Shown: piece after piece, positions 10,011 through 20,851 of the stretch
How the letters are laid out: every line of letters starts with the position of its first letter
Numbering within the stretch: the stretch's first letter is position 1
NCBI GenBank assembly: GCA_963728565.1
Contig: CAVSLC010000020.1
Coordinates: 101,605 to 165,604, forward strand
Length of the DNA: 64,000 nt
Direction: 5' to 3'
From: an uncultured delta proteobacterium
GTDB taxonomy: Bacteria > Desulfobacterota > Binatia > UBA9968
Notes under the pieces: generated by a model
What the model was told of the DNA's origin: nothing
The model's database searches: none
Seen by the model: only the letters and a program-made list of their open reading frames with translations
Program-made: the position numbers and the translations under genes

Positions 10011-12080
10011 ATGGCAAAGCACCGAGTAACGGTTGACACGGGAGGAACATTTTCCGACTTTGTCTTTTTTAATGAAGAGACCGGCGAAATCAGCATCACC
10101 AAGTTGCCGTCAACGCCAAGGGAACCGTTTCAAGCGGTGCTAAACGGCGTCAAGGAATTACTCGCAGGCGGAGTGGCGGCCGGAGATGTTTCATTTTTCT
10201 GCCACGGCACCACCGTCGGCACCAATGCTCTCCTCGAAGAAAAAGGCGCCAAGACCGGCTTGCTCGTGACCCAAGGCTTTCGTGGCATTTATGAGGTGAT
10301 GGAGCAAACCCGAGGTTACGGTCCCGCTACCTACGATTTATTTTTTGAAAAGCCGCGGCTCCTGGCTCCTCCCTATTATACCGAAGAAGTACCCGAACGG
10401 GTCGACTTTCGCGGCAACGCCTTAAAACCCATCGACGTCGAAGCCGCGCGCCAAGCGATCAGCCGCTTGAAGAAAAAGGGCGTGCAGTCGGTCGCGGTTT
10501 GCTTCCTGTTTTCATTTTTAAATCCGGATCACGAGCTCAAGATCAAAGAGCTCTTCGCCGCAGAATTTCCCGAGGCGCAGCTCTCGCTTTCTTATGAAGT
10601 GCTGCCGCAGATTCGCGAGTTCTATCGAATGAGCACCACCATCATCAACGCGTACATCCAGCCGGTGATGGCCAACTATTTGGGCAGTCTTGAGAAGCGC
10701 ATGCGTGAAATGGGGATCACCACGCCCAAGCTTTATATCATGCAATCCAACGGCGGCGTTTCGACGTTTGCAGGCTCAGCCAAAAAGCCGGTGGCTACCG
10801 TTCTTTCCGGTCCCGCCGGCGGCGTCATCGCTTCAATGGGAACTTGCGAGCGCGTTGGCATCAACAACATCATCACCTTCGACATGGGCGGTACCAGCTG
10901 TGACGTGGCGTTGATTCATCGGGGTAATCCGGTCATCACGACTCAAGGGAAAATCAACTTGCGGCCAATCGCGCTGCCAATGCTCGATATTCACACAGTC
11001 AGCGCCGGCGGCGGCACCATCGCCCGACTTGACGCGGTTGGCGGTTTACAGGTAGGCCCGGATAGCGCCGGCGCCGATCCGGGCCCGGTCTGCTACGACC
11101 GTGGCGGCGAAAATATCACCATCACCGATGCCAATATGGTGATCGGTGTTTTGGACCCTGAACACTTTCTCGGCGGCCGCATGAAGCTTGATAAAGCAAA
11201 AGCCCAGCGTCTGCTCGAAGAAAGCATTGCCAAACCGTTGACAATGGATTTGATGGAAGCGGCCCACGGGGTGCTCGACATCATCAATGTCAAGATGGAA
11301 GAGGCGATCAAGGCAGTATCGTCCCAGCGAGGTTATGACATACGTGATTTTACTCTAGTGGCCTTTGGCGGCGGCGGGCCCATGCATGCTGGCAGGATGG
11401 CTCTGGATTTAGGCATTACTTCGGTGCTGATTCCGCTCACGCCCGGCGTTCACTCAGCGCTGGGCTTGCTCATGTCCGATGTCAAGCATGATTACGTCCG
11501 ATCCAAATTAGTCGGGCTTGATGATCTGGATTTGGACGAGATCAATCGGATGTTCGGCCAGCTCATCGATCAGGCAAAAGCCGATCTTCACGGCGAAGGT
11601 TTTGGCGATAGCGAAATCAAAATGGAACCCTATCTGGATCTGCGCTATGCCGGTCAGGGTTACGAGCTGACCGTTCCCTGTCCCATGCCGCCGCTGACCA
11701 AGGATGACTTGGCGCTGATGCGGGCTCGCTTCGATACGGTCCACGAGCAAAACTCCGGGCATAAAGCCGAGACCGAACCGGTCGAACTGGTGAGCCTTCG
11801 CTTGATTTCACTTGGCATCGTTCCTCAGGCCAAGCTTTCACCCGGTAAAGTTTCCGGCCGCACGGTGGAACAAGCAACAACGGGAACGCGAAAAGTATTT
11901 TTTGGCAGGCAGCATGGGATGTTGAACACCCAGGTATATAGCCGGGAGGCGCTCGAACCGGGGCACAGGCTCAGCGGTCCGGCAATTGTCGAGCAGTTGG
12001 ATACGACAACTGTCATTCACCCGGAGCAGGAAGTCACGGTCGACGATTACCGAAATCTAATCATGAGAAACAAGCAGTAA
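10011..12080 (+). CDS. Hydantoinase A / 5-oxoprolinase ATP-binding subunit
   Basis: VDTGGTFSD, HGTTVGTNA, SGPAGG, DMGGTSCDV and SAGADPGPVCY motifs. Confidence 0.92.
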   Translation: MAKHRVTVDTGGTFSDFVFFNEETGEISITKLPSTPREPFQAVLNGVKELLAGGVAAGDVSFFCHGTTVGTNALLEEKGAKTGLLVTQGFRGIYEVMEQTRGYGPATYDLFFEKPRLLAPPYYTEEVPERVDFRGNALKPIDVEAARQAISRLKKKGVQSVAVCFLFSFLNPDHELKIKELFAAEFPEAQLSLSYEVLPQIREFYRMSTTIINAYIQPVMANYLGSLEKRMREMGITTPKLYIMQSNGGVSTFAGSAKKPVATVLSGPAGGVIASMGTCERVGINNIITFDMGGTSCDVALIHRGNPVITTQGKINLRPIALPMLDIHTVSAGGGTIARLDAVGGLQVGPDSAGADPGPVCYDRGGENITITDANMVIGVLDPEHFLGGRMKLDKAKAQRLLEESIAKPLTMDLMEAAHGVLDIINVKMEEAIKAVSSQRGYDIRDFTLVAFGGGGPMHAGRMALDLGITSVLIPLTPGVHSALGLLMSDVKHDYVRSKLVGLDDLDLDEINRMFGQLIDQAKADLHGEGFGDSEIKMEPYLDLRYAGQGYELTVPCPMPPLTKDDLALMRARFDTVHEQNSGHKAETEPVELVSLRLISLGIVPQAKLSPGKVSGRTVEQATTGTRKVFFGRQHGMLNTQVYSREALEPGHRLSGPAIVEQLDTTTVIHPEQEVTVDDYRNLIMRNKQ

Positions 12081-12095
12081 TAAGGCTCCGAGGAG

Positions 12096-12160
12096 TGGAA
12101 CGACTTGAACCATTTGAAGTGCTAATTCCATCAGTTTCAGTGGGTCCAATCGTTCCAGCC
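12096..12160. repeat. 9-bp-periodic (T/G)GAAC / GTTC(C/A) intergenic repeat, inverted arrangement
   Basis: tggaacgac-ttgaaccat-ttgaag followed by gtccaatc-gttcca. Confidence 0.6.
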
Positions 12161-12173
12161 GGATCTACTAGCA

Positions 12174-13922
12174 ATGAGTTCGAAATCTATGAATGTTGAT
12201 CCAGTAACCCTGCAAGTGATTCAGGCACGTTTGGCCGGCATCGTCCAGGAGATGCAAAATTCACTCTTTCGCACAGGCTATTCAACGATCATCCGCGAAT
12301 CCCAAGACGCCAGCTGCGCGATCTTGAATCGCCAGGGCGAAGTCGTCGCCCAGCATGTGGTATTGCCGCTGCACATGGGCGCATTTCCCGCCTGCGCCGC
12401 AGGTATTTTAAAAAATTACAGCGCCGAGGAAATTCACCAAGGTGACGCCTTCATCACCAATCACCCATATCTCGGCGGCAGCCCTCACGCTCCCGACATG
12501 GCGGTGCTGTCGCCGATTTTCTTCCACGACGAGTGGGTCGGTTTCGCGGCAAATCTCGCGCATAAAAGCGATATTGGGGGTCCCGTGCCGGGAAGCTGCT
12601 GGAGCCAGGCCCGGGAAATCTATCAAGAAGGTCTTCACGTTCCGCCGATCAAGTTCGTTCACAGATATCAAACCAGTAAAGACATCGAAGCCGTTCTCGG
12701 CGCCAACAGCCGCACTCCGGAGCTGGTGGTTGGAGACCTGCGCGGCCAAGTCGGCGCCGCGCGGCTTGGCGAAAATCGCTTCCAAGAGATGATGGAGCGC
12801 TACGGCAAAGAAACGATCCTAAGCTCGTTCGAGCAACTGTTTGCATTGACTGAAGCCAAGGTGCGCGCAGAAATCGCCTCCTGGCCCGATGGCACCGGCG
12901 AGGGCGAGCGATTCGTCGACAGCGATGGGATCGATCTCGATACGCCCGTGCGCCTGCATGTGCGCATGGAAAAGAAAGGCCAGGACCTGCTCTTTGACTT
13001 TACCGGTTGCGCCGACCAAACCAGAGGTCCGGCGAATATTCGTCCGACCATTGTGCGCGCGGCCTGCTGTTATCTTCTCACCTGTCTGGTCGATCCAGCG
13101 CTGGCCATCAACTATGGATTGGCAAAGGTTATCAATATCAAAGTTCGCGAAGGCAGCGTCGTCAACCCGCGCTTTCCCGCGCCGGTAAACACTTATAACC
13201 CGACCGTCCATGCGTTGGTGGAATCATTACTGGAAGCGTCAAGCCAGATCACGCCCCATAAAAAGGTGGGCGACGGCTGCAGCAGCCGGTCCATCATTAT
13301 TGGCGGACGCAGCAATAAAACCGGCAAAGGTTACGTGCAGTATGAAATCTTCGGCGGCGGCTCTGGCGGTCGCAGCGGCAAAGACGGCGTCTCCGGCACC
13401 AACGTCAATCAATCCAACGCCAAGATCGCGCCGATTGAAATTATCGAGTCCGAGTTCTCTACGCGCTTGAGAAGATTCCAGCTGATTCCCGATTCGGGCG
13501 GGCCCGGAACATTTCGCGGCGGCTTGGGTTTTGTTCGAGAATACGAAGTCTTGGACAATGACGCGCGTTTTTCGCTGCGATCGACCAAGCATACGGTCGC
13601 CCCTAAAGGCATTGACGGCGGCGCCGATGGCAAGACCGGTCATTGTACGTTAAATCCAGGCAAGCCAGACGAGCGGGCGATCCCGTCGCGCTTCTCGGAC
13701 TACGTACTCCATCCGGGCGATGTGTTTAGCCTGGAAACGCCTGGCGGCGGCGGACTCGGCGATCCGTTGCAAAGAGATCCTCACCGAGTTCTCGGCGATG
13801 TGCGCAACGGTTATGTGACCCGAGAAAAGGCGCGAGAAGTTTACCGAGTGGCCATTGATGAAAAAGACAGCGACTTCATCCTCAATGAACGCGAAACCCG
13901 CGCGCTACGCCGACAGACATGA
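12174..13922 (+). CDS. Hydantoinase B / oxoprolinase family subunit (paralog 1)
   Basis: EMQNSLFRTGYSTIIRESQD, NHPYLGGSPHAPD, DSGGPGTFRGGLG and TPGGGGLGDP motifs. Confidence 0.92.
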   Translation: MSSKSMNVDPVTLQVIQARLAGIVQEMQNSLFRTGYSTIIRESQDASCAILNRQGEVVAQHVVLPLHMGAFPACAAGILKNYSAEEIHQGDAFITNHPYLGGSPHAPDMAVLSPIFFHDEWVGFAANLAHKSDIGGPVPGSCWSQAREIYQEGLHVPPIKFVHRYQTSKDIEAVLGANSRTPELVVGDLRGQVGAARLGENRFQEMMERYGKETILSSFEQLFALTEAKVRAEIASWPDGTGEGERFVDSDGIDLDTPVRLHVRMEKKGQDLLFDFTGCADQTRGPANIRPTIVRAACCYLLTCLVDPALAINYGLAKVINIKVREGSVVNPRFPAPVNTYNPTVHALVESLLEASSQITPHKKVGDGCSSRSIIIGGRSNKTGKGYVQYEIFGGGSGGRSGKDGVSGTNVNQSNAKIAPIEIIESEFSTRLRRFQLIPDSGGPGTFRGGLGFVREYEVLDNDARFSLRSTKHTVAPKGIDGGADGKTGHCTLNPGKPDERAIPSRFSDYVLHPGDVFSLETPGGGGLGDPLQRDPHRVLGDVRNGYVTREKAREVYRVAIDEKDSDFILNERETRALRRQT

Positions 13923-13938
13923 AGTGCGGCATTTCCTC

Positions 13939-14005
13939 CGAACAATTTGAACGTCTTGGCCGGTTTGAACGTTTTGAACCGCACGTTAAAGCGTTCGAAT
14001 GGTTA
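13939..14005. repeat. 9-bp-periodic TTGAAC repeat
   Basis: cgaacaat-ttgaacgtc-ttggccggt-ttgaacgtt-ttgaaccgc followed by gttaaagc-gttcgaat. Confidence 0.65.
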
Positions 14006-14026
14006 AGCTCTAGTCGCGCCGTCGTA

Positions 14027-15760
14027 ATGACCATCGATCCGATCACTCTCCAAGTCATCCAGGCGCGGCTTGCCGGCATCGCCCAGGAGATGCAAAATTC
14101 GCTGTTTCGGACCGGTTATTCCACCATCATCCGCGAGTCACAAGACGCCAGTTGTGCGATCTTGAATCGCCAGGGCGAAGTGGTCGCGCAACATGTCGTG
14201 CTGCCGCTGCACATGGGCGCGTTTCCAGCTTGCGCCGAGGCAATATTGAAGACCTACGCGCCGGCTGAGATTCATGAGGGCGACGCCTACATCACCAATC
14301 ACCCCTATCTCGGCGGTAGCCCGCATGCCCCGGATATGGGCGTGTTCACGCCGATTTTTTATCGGGGAGAATGGGTCGGCTTCACCGCGAATATGGCGCA
14401 CAAGAGCGACATCGGCGGGACGGTGCCGGGGAGCGGTTCCGGCAGTGCGCGTGAAATCTATCAAGAGGGGCTCCATCTGCCGCCGATAAAGTTGGTGTCG
14501 CGGCTGCGACCGATTCAAGAGATCGAGGCCATGATCGCCGCCAATAGCCGTACTCCCGGGGTGGTCATTGGCGATTTGCGCGGCCAAGTGGGAGCAGCCC
14601 GCCTGGGTGAGCGCAGAATCACCGAGCTCATGGAGCGTTACGGCAAGCAAACCATAATGGACTGCACCGCCGTGCTTTCATCGAACACCGAAAAGCGTGT
14701 TCGTCAGGCGATCGAAACATGGCCCGACGGCGAATCCCAAGGCGAGAGCTTTATCGATCACGACGGCATCGATTTAACCCGTCCGATCCGCATTCATGTG
14801 AAAGTAAAAAAGATCGGCGATAGGATTCACTTCGATTTCAGCGGCAGCAGCGATCAGACTCAGGGCCCGGCCAATATCCGGCCGCCGCTGGTGCGCGCCG
14901 CCTGTGTCTACTGTCTGGTCGCGCTGGTTGATCGTTTTTTGCCGATCAATCAGGGTCTCACGCGAGTGATGGAGACAACATTTCGCGCCGGCAGTGTCGT
15001 CGATCCCTATTTCCCCGCATCGGTGAACACCTACATGCCGACTGCATTGACGGTGGCCGAAGCGCTCCTTAGGGCGCTGGCGGCATTCGTTCCCGAGAAG
15101 CGGATTTCGGGGGGATCGGGAAGCGCCGCGCTGGTGCTTGGCGGGCGCGATGCAAAGACCCAGCGGTCCTACGTTCACTACGAGATCTTCAGCGGCGGCA
15201 CCGGAGCGCGCTGGAGCAAAGACGGCGTATCCGCAACCGCATTTCACCTGAGCAACTGCAAGACCGCGCCTGTCGAAATCATCGAATCCGAGTTTCCCAC
15301 CCGCGTCGAGCGATTTGAAATGATACCGGATTCAGGCGGCGCCGGCCGATGGCGCGGCGGTTTGGGCTTTGCGCGCGACTACCGGATCCTCACCGACGAG
15401 GTTCGCTTTTCAATGCGCACCGACAAACATGCCATAGCGCCCTTCGGCAGCGACAACGGATTGTCCGGCGCCCAGGGCTCCTGCATCGTCAATCCCGATT
15501 CCGATAAAGAGACGCGCTTGCCATCACGCTTTGGCGATCAGAGGCTCAACAACGGGGATCTCTTGCGGGTCGAGCGTCCCGGCGGCGGCGGCCTCGGAAA
15601 TCCCTTGGATCGCGCTGCCGAACAAGTACTCGAAGACGTGCGCCAAGGCTATGTGTCAGTCGAGCGCGCCAAGTCCGACTACAAGGTATCGATCTGTTAC
15701 AGCGATAGCGAGCCGTGCGTAGATTGGGGCGAAACGCAAGTTCTACGAGGGAAATTGTAA
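14027..15760 (+). CDS. Hydantoinase B / oxoprolinase family subunit (paralog 2)
   Basis: Same motifs as paralog 1; homology begins at MTIDPITL (14027); the frame is open back to the ATG at 13919. Confidence 0.9.
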   Translation: MTIDPITLQVIQARLAGIAQEMQNSLFRTGYSTIIRESQDASCAILNRQGEVVAQHVVLPLHMGAFPACAEAILKTYAPAEIHEGDAYITNHPYLGGSPHAPDMGVFTPIFYRGEWVGFTANMAHKSDIGGTVPGSGSGSAREIYQEGLHLPPIKLVSRLRPIQEIEAMIAANSRTPGVVIGDLRGQVGAARLGERRITELMERYGKQTIMDCTAVLSSNTEKRVRQAIETWPDGESQGESFIDHDGIDLTRPIRIHVKVKKIGDRIHFDFSGSSDQTQGPANIRPPLVRAACVYCLVALVDRFLPINQGLTRVMETTFRAGSVVDPYFPASVNTYMPTALTVAEALLRALAAFVPEKRISGGSGSAALVLGGRDAKTQRSYVHYEIFSGGTGARWSKDGVSATAFHLSNCKTAPVEIIESEFPTRVERFEMIPDSGGAGRWRGGLGFARDYRILTDEVRFSMRTDKHAIAPFGSDNGLSGAQGSCIVNPDSDKETRLPSRFGDQRLNNGDLLRVERPGGGGLGNPLDRAAEQVLEDVRQGYVSVERAKSDYKVSICYSDSEPCVDWGETQVLRGKL

Positions 15761-15831
15761 AAAATAAGTAGCAAAAATCGCGGGCCTCTGGTATAAGCAC
15801 CCTAATACGTGCGCCCCTTGAAGGAGGAAAA

Positions 15832-16107
15832 ATGGCGACAGCAAAGAAAAAGACCCGTAAACCGAATGCAGCGTTTATGAAACCCGTACAACCGGATGCA
15901 GCATTGAGCACGGTCGTCGGGACAAAAGCTATCCCTCGCACCGAGGTAACCAAAAAGCTTTGGGCCTATATTAAGAAGAATGGGCTCCAAGACAAAAAGA
16001 AAAAAACCAATATCAATGCCGACGACAATCTTAAAGTTGTTTTCGGTGGTAAGAAGCAAGTCACGATGTTTGAGATGACCAAGCTGGTCAGCAAACACCT
16101 CAAGTAA
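15832..16107 (+). CDS. SWIB/MDM2 domain protein
   Basis: AAFMKPVQP, PRTEVTKKLWAYIKKNGLQD and MFEMTKLVSKHL; GGAGG RBS. Confidence 0.92.
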   Translation: MATAKKKTRKPNAAFMKPVQPDAALSTVVGTKAIPRTEVTKKLWAYIKKNGLQDKKKKTNINADDNLKVVFGGKKQVTMFEMTKLVSKHLK

Positions 16108-16141
16108 GATAGTCCCTCCTTATTTCGCAAGAACATAGTTC

Positions 16142-16186
16142 TCAGTGATTAAGATCGGTGACTTTATCATCGATCTTGATCACTGA
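16142..16186. terminator. Long hairpin downstream of the SWIB gene (possible terminator)
   Basis: tcagtgattaagatcggtga / tcatcgatcttgatcactga inverted repeat; no clear U-tract. Confidence 0.5.
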
Positions 16187-16205
16187 TCGAATGCTGCGGC
16201 TTAGT

Positions 16206-16418
16206 GGTTCGGCTAACGCCTAGTGGCCGAGTCTTACTGTTGTCTGTTTTCAGGCAACCTGATCATCCGCGCCCAGCTGTCATCTACAGCAGCCTTGCCT
16301 GTCTTCTGGAAATCGCAAAGACTCACGATCATCTAACAGGCTTCACCAAACTCCCTGAGCGCGGTCAATTATCAAGGCGACCCGGCAGATTCGCTAGGCC
16401 ACCGGGATGCGCGGAACC
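16206..16418. other. Rod-like ~210-nt structured element (ncRNA candidate)
   Basis: Nested complementary blocks ggttc/gaacc, gcctag/ctaggc, cgagtct/agattcg, ccgcgcccag/ctgagcgcgg and gcctgt/acaggc. Confidence 0.4.
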
Positions 16419-16428
16419 AGGCTGATCG

Positions 16429-17859
16429 TTATAACCGATGCTGCAGCGCATCGAACAGGTGAAGTTGCCGTGTGTGCCCTTCGTCCTCGAAATGAACGGG
16501 GTAGTTGCCGCTGAAACAGGCGTCGCAGAAACCCTGCCGGTCTCCGTCGAAATAATCATACATGCCCTCGTTGCTGAGATAGGCAAGAGTGTCGGCTTCG
16601 ATAAAGCGGCGGATCTCTTCCAGCGAATTGGATGAGGCAATCAGTTCGGTACGGGTCGGTGTGTCGATGCCGTAGTAACACGGACCGGTGGTGGCGGGCG
16701 AGCTGATACGCATGTGAACTTCCTTTGCGCCGGCGTCGCGCAGCATGCGAATGATCTTCCGGCTTGTTGTGCCGCGCACGATGGAATCATCAACTACAAT
16801 GACGCGCTTGCCGTTGAGAACTTCCCGCTGAGCGTTGAGTTTTATCTTAACCCCGAAATGGCGAATGGTTTGCTGCGGCTCGATGAACGTGCGGCCGACA
16901 TAATGGTTGCGAATCAAGCCGAACTCGAGCGGAATCTTCGATTCTTCGGCGTAGCCGATGGCGGCAGGCACCCCGGAGTCGGGCACCGGGGTTACCAGAT
17001 CCGCGTCGACAGCGCTCTCTTTCGCCAGCTGGCGACCCATGGATTTCCGGACGTTGTAAACGTTGTGACCGTACAGCGAGCTGTCCGGCCGGGCGAAGTA
17101 AATGTATTCGAAAATGCATTTGGCGTGGGGCACCGGCGGAAACGGCTTTAGCGAGTCCATCCCGGCCGGACTGAAAGTAATGATCTCCCCGGGTTCGACC
17201 TCGCGCACATAGTCCGCCTCGATTAAGTCCAGCGCGCACGTTTCCGAGGCGACAACGTAGGCTCCACTATTCGGTCCCTCGCGAAATTTTCCTAGAACCA
17301 GCGGTCGGAAGCCATACGGATCCCGGGCGGCGATCATCCGATCCGGCGTAATGAAGAGCAACGAATAGGCGCCCCGCACGCGGCTGAGCGCTTCAACGAT
17401 CCGTGCCATGAGCGAAATCTCTTTGGAGGTGGCGATCAAATGAATGATCACTTCGGTGTCAGAAGTCGACTGGAATATCGAGCCTGAGCGTTCCAGCTCA
17501 TCGCGCAAGATCGCGCCATTAACCAAGTTGCCGTTGTGCGCGATGGCGATGGGGCCCTGCGAATACTCAACAACGAAGGGCTGCGCGTTTTTAAGATGAC
17601 TTTGGCCTTGAGTGGAGTAGCGATTGTGACCTATGGCGCTTTGGCCTTCCAAGCGTTTGATGACATCTTCCTTGAAGACATCGGCGACGAGACCCATTTG
17701 CCTGTGCGAAATGAGCGCCTTTCCATCTGAAGACACGATACCGCACGACTCCTGACCACGATGTTGCAGCGCATAAAGACCGAGATAGACCATGTTGGCC
17801 GCTTCCGGATGCCCATAGACGCCCATCACCGCACATTCGTCGTGAAATTTATCCATCAA
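16429..17859 (-). CDS. purF: Amidophosphoribosyltransferase
   Basis: Propeptide then CAVMG; QHRGQES, GHNRYST and VVDDSIVRGTTS motifs. Confidence 0.97.
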   Translation of the reverse strand: MMDKFHDECAVMGVYGHPEAANMVYLGLYALQHRGQESCGIVSSDGKALISHRQMGLVADVFKEDVIKRLEGQSAIGHNRYSTQGQSHLKNAQPFVVEYSQGPIAIAHNGNLVNGAILRDELERSGSIFQSTSDTEVIIHLIATSKEISLMARIVEALSRVRGAYSLLFITPDRMIAARDPYGFRPLVLGKFREGPNSGAYVVASETCALDLIEADYVREVEPGEIITFSPAGMDSLKPFPPVPHAKCIFEYIYFARPDSSLYGHNVYNVRKSMGRQLAKESAVDADLVTPVPDSGVPAAIGYAEESKIPLEFGLIRNHYVGRTFIEPQQTIRHFGVKIKLNAQREVLNGKRVIVVDDSIVRGTTSRKIIRMLRDAGAKEVHMRISSPATTGPCYYGIDTPTRTELIASSNSLEEIRRFIEADTLAYLSNEGMYDYFDGDRQGFCDACFSGNYPVHFEDEGHTRQLHLFDALQHRL

Positions 17860-17919
17860 TCCTCGAACCGTGAAATTCCGGGCTTTGTAACAGTTCGACA
17901 GCCGCAGTCGCTGAGCCGC

Positions 17920-20148
17920 TTACTTCAGACGATCGGCAAGCGTTGACGACCAAATCACCTGTAGCTCATCCACGGGCAATTGCAAAATCGGTTGAATCGA
18001 AAAACGCGAACCGCCGACTGCGCCGATCACCTGGAGCGGCACCGCATGCCGGGAGGCAATTTCTTGCAACTGACTTAAATCCTTCTCCTGCATCGACACC
18101 AGAATCCGCGACTGAGATTCGCTAAACAGTAAGGCATCGCCGCGGATCATTTCACGCATCTCGGCTCTAACTCCCAAGGCTTTATCCGGACCGCCGATAC
18201 AGCACTCCGCCAACGCCACAGCCAAGCCACCGTCGGATATGTCGTGCGCCGAACGGAGGATGCCGCTTTCAATAGCTTCGATGCAACAGTTCTGGATAGC
18301 CTGCTCCAGCTTGAGATCGATCCAAGGCGGTGTGCCCTTGACGATATTATGAATAAGCTTGAGGTATTCACTACCACCGAGTTCTTCACGCGTGCGACCT
18401 AGCAGCACCACGATATCACCAGCAGCTTTGAACCAGGGGGTTATGACTCGGTTAACCTTTGACAGAAGACCAACCATGCCGATGGTGGGCGTTGGGTAAA
18501 TGGGAATCCCGTCCGTTTCATTATAGAAACTTACATTACCGCTCACAACCGGCACTTTGAGCGCAACACAGGCGTCGCGCATACCTTGAATGACACGCGC
18601 AAACTGCCACATGACCGCTGGATTCTCGGGACTGCCAAAGTTCAGACAATCAGTGAGCCCGACCGGCCGGGCGCCGACACAGGCCAGGTTGCGCGCCGCC
18701 TCCGCCACGGCTAGAGCGCCGCCAACGTAGGGATCGAGAAAACAATAACGGCTGTTGCCGTCGACTGTCAGCGCGAGCCCTTTATCCGTCCCTTTGATGC
18801 GAACCACCGCCGCGTCGGCACCTGGCGCTACAACGGTATTGCTGCGCACGTAGCAATCGTATTGACGATAAACCCATTCCTTAGAAGCAATATTGGGCGC
18901 ACCCAGCATCAGCTTCAACGTCGCTCCGAGATCTCTCGGCTCTGCGATTGCCGATAAATCCAGTTGCTCGAGGTCGTCTTGACTCTTGGGCCGCTCGGCG
19001 GGCCGGTGATAAACCGGGGCCTCTTTGGTTAAAGCGCTGATCGGGATGCGCGCGACTTCGACGCCATTGAACAGAGCTCGGAACTGGTTGTCGTTCGTTA
19101 CCTGGCCGACGACCACCGCCTCAAGATCCCATTTATCAAAAATTCGCTTGATCTCCGCTTCAGTGCCCGCTTTGGCAACTAGAAGCATGCGTTCCTGAGA
19201 CTCGGATAGTAAAATTTCGTAAGGCGTCATCCCCTGTTCACGCAAAGGCACCGCCGATAGATCGAGCTCAATCCCGGCACCGCCGCGACCGGCCATTTCG
19301 GTCGATGAACTGGTCAATCCAGCGGCACCCATATCTTGAATACCGATCAGGTAATCGTGCTCCATCAACTCCAAACACGCTTCCAAAAGAAGCTTTTCAG
19401 TGAATGGATCGCCGACTTGCACCGTGGGTCGCCGCTGCTCTTTTTCTTCAGAGAACGATTCAGAAGCCATGGTTGCGCCGTGAATGCCGTCGCGGCCGGT
19501 CTTGGAGCCGACATACATCACCGGGTTGCGAAAGCCTTTCGCCACCCCGGTGTGAATGCGCTTCTTCTTGGCGATTCCTAACGTGAACGCGTTGACCACA
19601 ATGTTGGCGTCATAGCACTCGTCGAAATAAATCTCGCCCCCTACGGTGGGCACGCCGATGCAGTTGCCATAGCCGCCGATGCCCGCCACCACGCCGGAAA
19701 CTAGATACCGCGTGCGCGGATGATCGATGCGGCCAAACCGCAACGAATTCAATGAGGCGATGGGCCGGGCGCCCATGGTAAAAATGTCCCGCAAAATACC
19801 GCCGACCCCGGTAGCCGCCCCTTGGTAAGGTTCGATGAAAGATGGATGATTGTGGCTTTCCATCTTGAATGCCACTGCCAAACCATCGCCGATATCGACC
19901 ACGCCGGCGTTTTCACCGGGACCCTGCAGAACATGCGGCCCTTCGGTGGGCAGGCTTTTTAAGTATTGGCGCGAGCTCTTGTAGCTACAGTGCTCCGACC
20001 ACATAACCGAGAACACGCCGAGTTCGGTATAGTTGGGTTCTCGTCCGAGAATTTGAATAATTTTCTGGTACTCATCCTGCGTAATTCCATGGCTCGCAAC
20101 CAGCTCAGCAGTAACCACTGGCTGCTGAGAAACGCTCTGATCAACCAT
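17920..20148 (-). CDS. purL: FGAM synthase subunit PurL
   Basis: [38 protein letters not shown] and HDISDGGLA; start placed at MVDQS. Confidence 0.97.
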   Translation of the reverse strand: MVDQSVSQQPVVTAELVASHGITQDEYQKIIQILGREPNYTELGVFSVMWSEHCSYKSSRQYLKSLPTEGPHVLQGPGENAGVVDIGDGLAVAFKMESHNHPSFIEPYQGAATGVGGILRDIFTMGARPIASLNSLRFGRIDHPRTRYLVSGVVAGIGGYGNCIGVPTVGGEIYFDECYDANIVVNAFTLGIAKKKRIHTGVAKGFRNPVMYVGSKTGRDGIHGATMASESFSEEKEQRRPTVQVGDPFTEKLLLEACLELMEHDYLIGIQDMGAAGLTSSSTEMAGRGGAGIELDLSAVPLREQGMTPYEILLSESQERMLLVAKAGTEAEIKRIFDKWDLEAVVVGQVTNDNQFRALFNGVEVARIPISALTKEAPVYHRPAERPKSQDDLEQLDLSAIAEPRDLGATLKLMLGAPNIASKEWVYRQYDCYVRSNTVVAPGADAAVVRIKGTDKGLALTVDGNSRYCFLDPYVGGALAVAEAARNLACVGARPVGLTDCLNFGSPENPAVMWQFARVIQGMRDACVALKVPVVSGNVSFYNETDGIPIYPTPTIGMVGLLSKVNRVITPWFKAAGDIVVLLGRTREELGGSEYLKLIHNIVKGTPPWIDLKLEQAIQNCCIEAIESGILRSAHDISDGGLAVALAECCIGGPDKALGVRAEMREMIRGDALLFSESQSRILVSMQEKDLSQLQEIASRHAVPLQVIGAVGGSRFSIQPILQLPVDELQVIWSSTLADRLK

Positions 20149-20851
20149 GCGCTGCGCTCTTTGAATCGCAGGCGGCCGCAATCGAGGAGAAAATCTTCAG
20201 TCCGTCATCGCTGCCGAGGAGCTTGTTGCAGGCATCTTCCGGATGGGGCATCAACCCGAACACGTTGCGTCTTTCATTGCAGACGCCGGCGATGTCATCC
20301 ACCGAGCCATTGGGGTTGGCAGCCGGCGAAGTTTTTCCTTTGGCATTAACATAGCGTAGGAGAACCTGACGATTGCGGTGTAATCGCTCTAAAGTCAGTT
20401 CATCAGCGTGATAACGTCCTTCGCCGTGTTTGACCGGAATTTTTAGCAGCTGCCCTTTTTTTAGCTGAGAGGTAAACGGCGCGTCGGTCTCTTCCACCCG
20501 CAGCCAGGTTTGTTGACAAACGAACTTCAGGCCGGCATTGCGCACCAACGCTCCGGGGAGCAGTCCCGCTTCACAGAGGATTTGGAAACCGTTGCAAATG
20601 CCGAGCACGAGGCCGCCTTCTTGAGCGAATTTCTCAACGCCGCGCATGATTGGTGAAAAGCGCGCCACCGCGCCGCAGCGGAGATAATCGCCATAGGAAA
20701 AGCCGCCCGGGAGTACCAGACAATCGAAATGTCCGGCAAGCTCATCCTTGTGCCAGAGAAACTTGACCTTCTGGCCCATCTCCCGTTTGAGACTATCGAA
20801 AACATCCTGGTCATCGCACGACCCTGGAAAAACAATCACACCCCAACGCAC
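20141..20851 (-). CDS. purQ: FGAM synthase glutaminase subunit PurQ
   Basis: [20 protein letters not shown] and GLMPHPE motifs. Confidence 0.97.
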   Translation of the reverse strand: MRWGVIVFPGSCDDQDVFDSLKREMGQKVKFLWHKDELAGHFDCLVLPGGFSYGDYLRCGAVARFSPIMRGVEKFAQEGGLVLGICNGFQILCEAGLLPGALVRNAGLKFVCQQTWLRVEETDAPFTSQLKKGQLLKIPVKHGEGRYHADELTLERLHRNRQVLLRYVNAKGKTSPAANPNGSVDDIAGVCNERRNVFGLMPHPEDACNKLLGSDDGLKIFSSIAAACDSKSAAHG

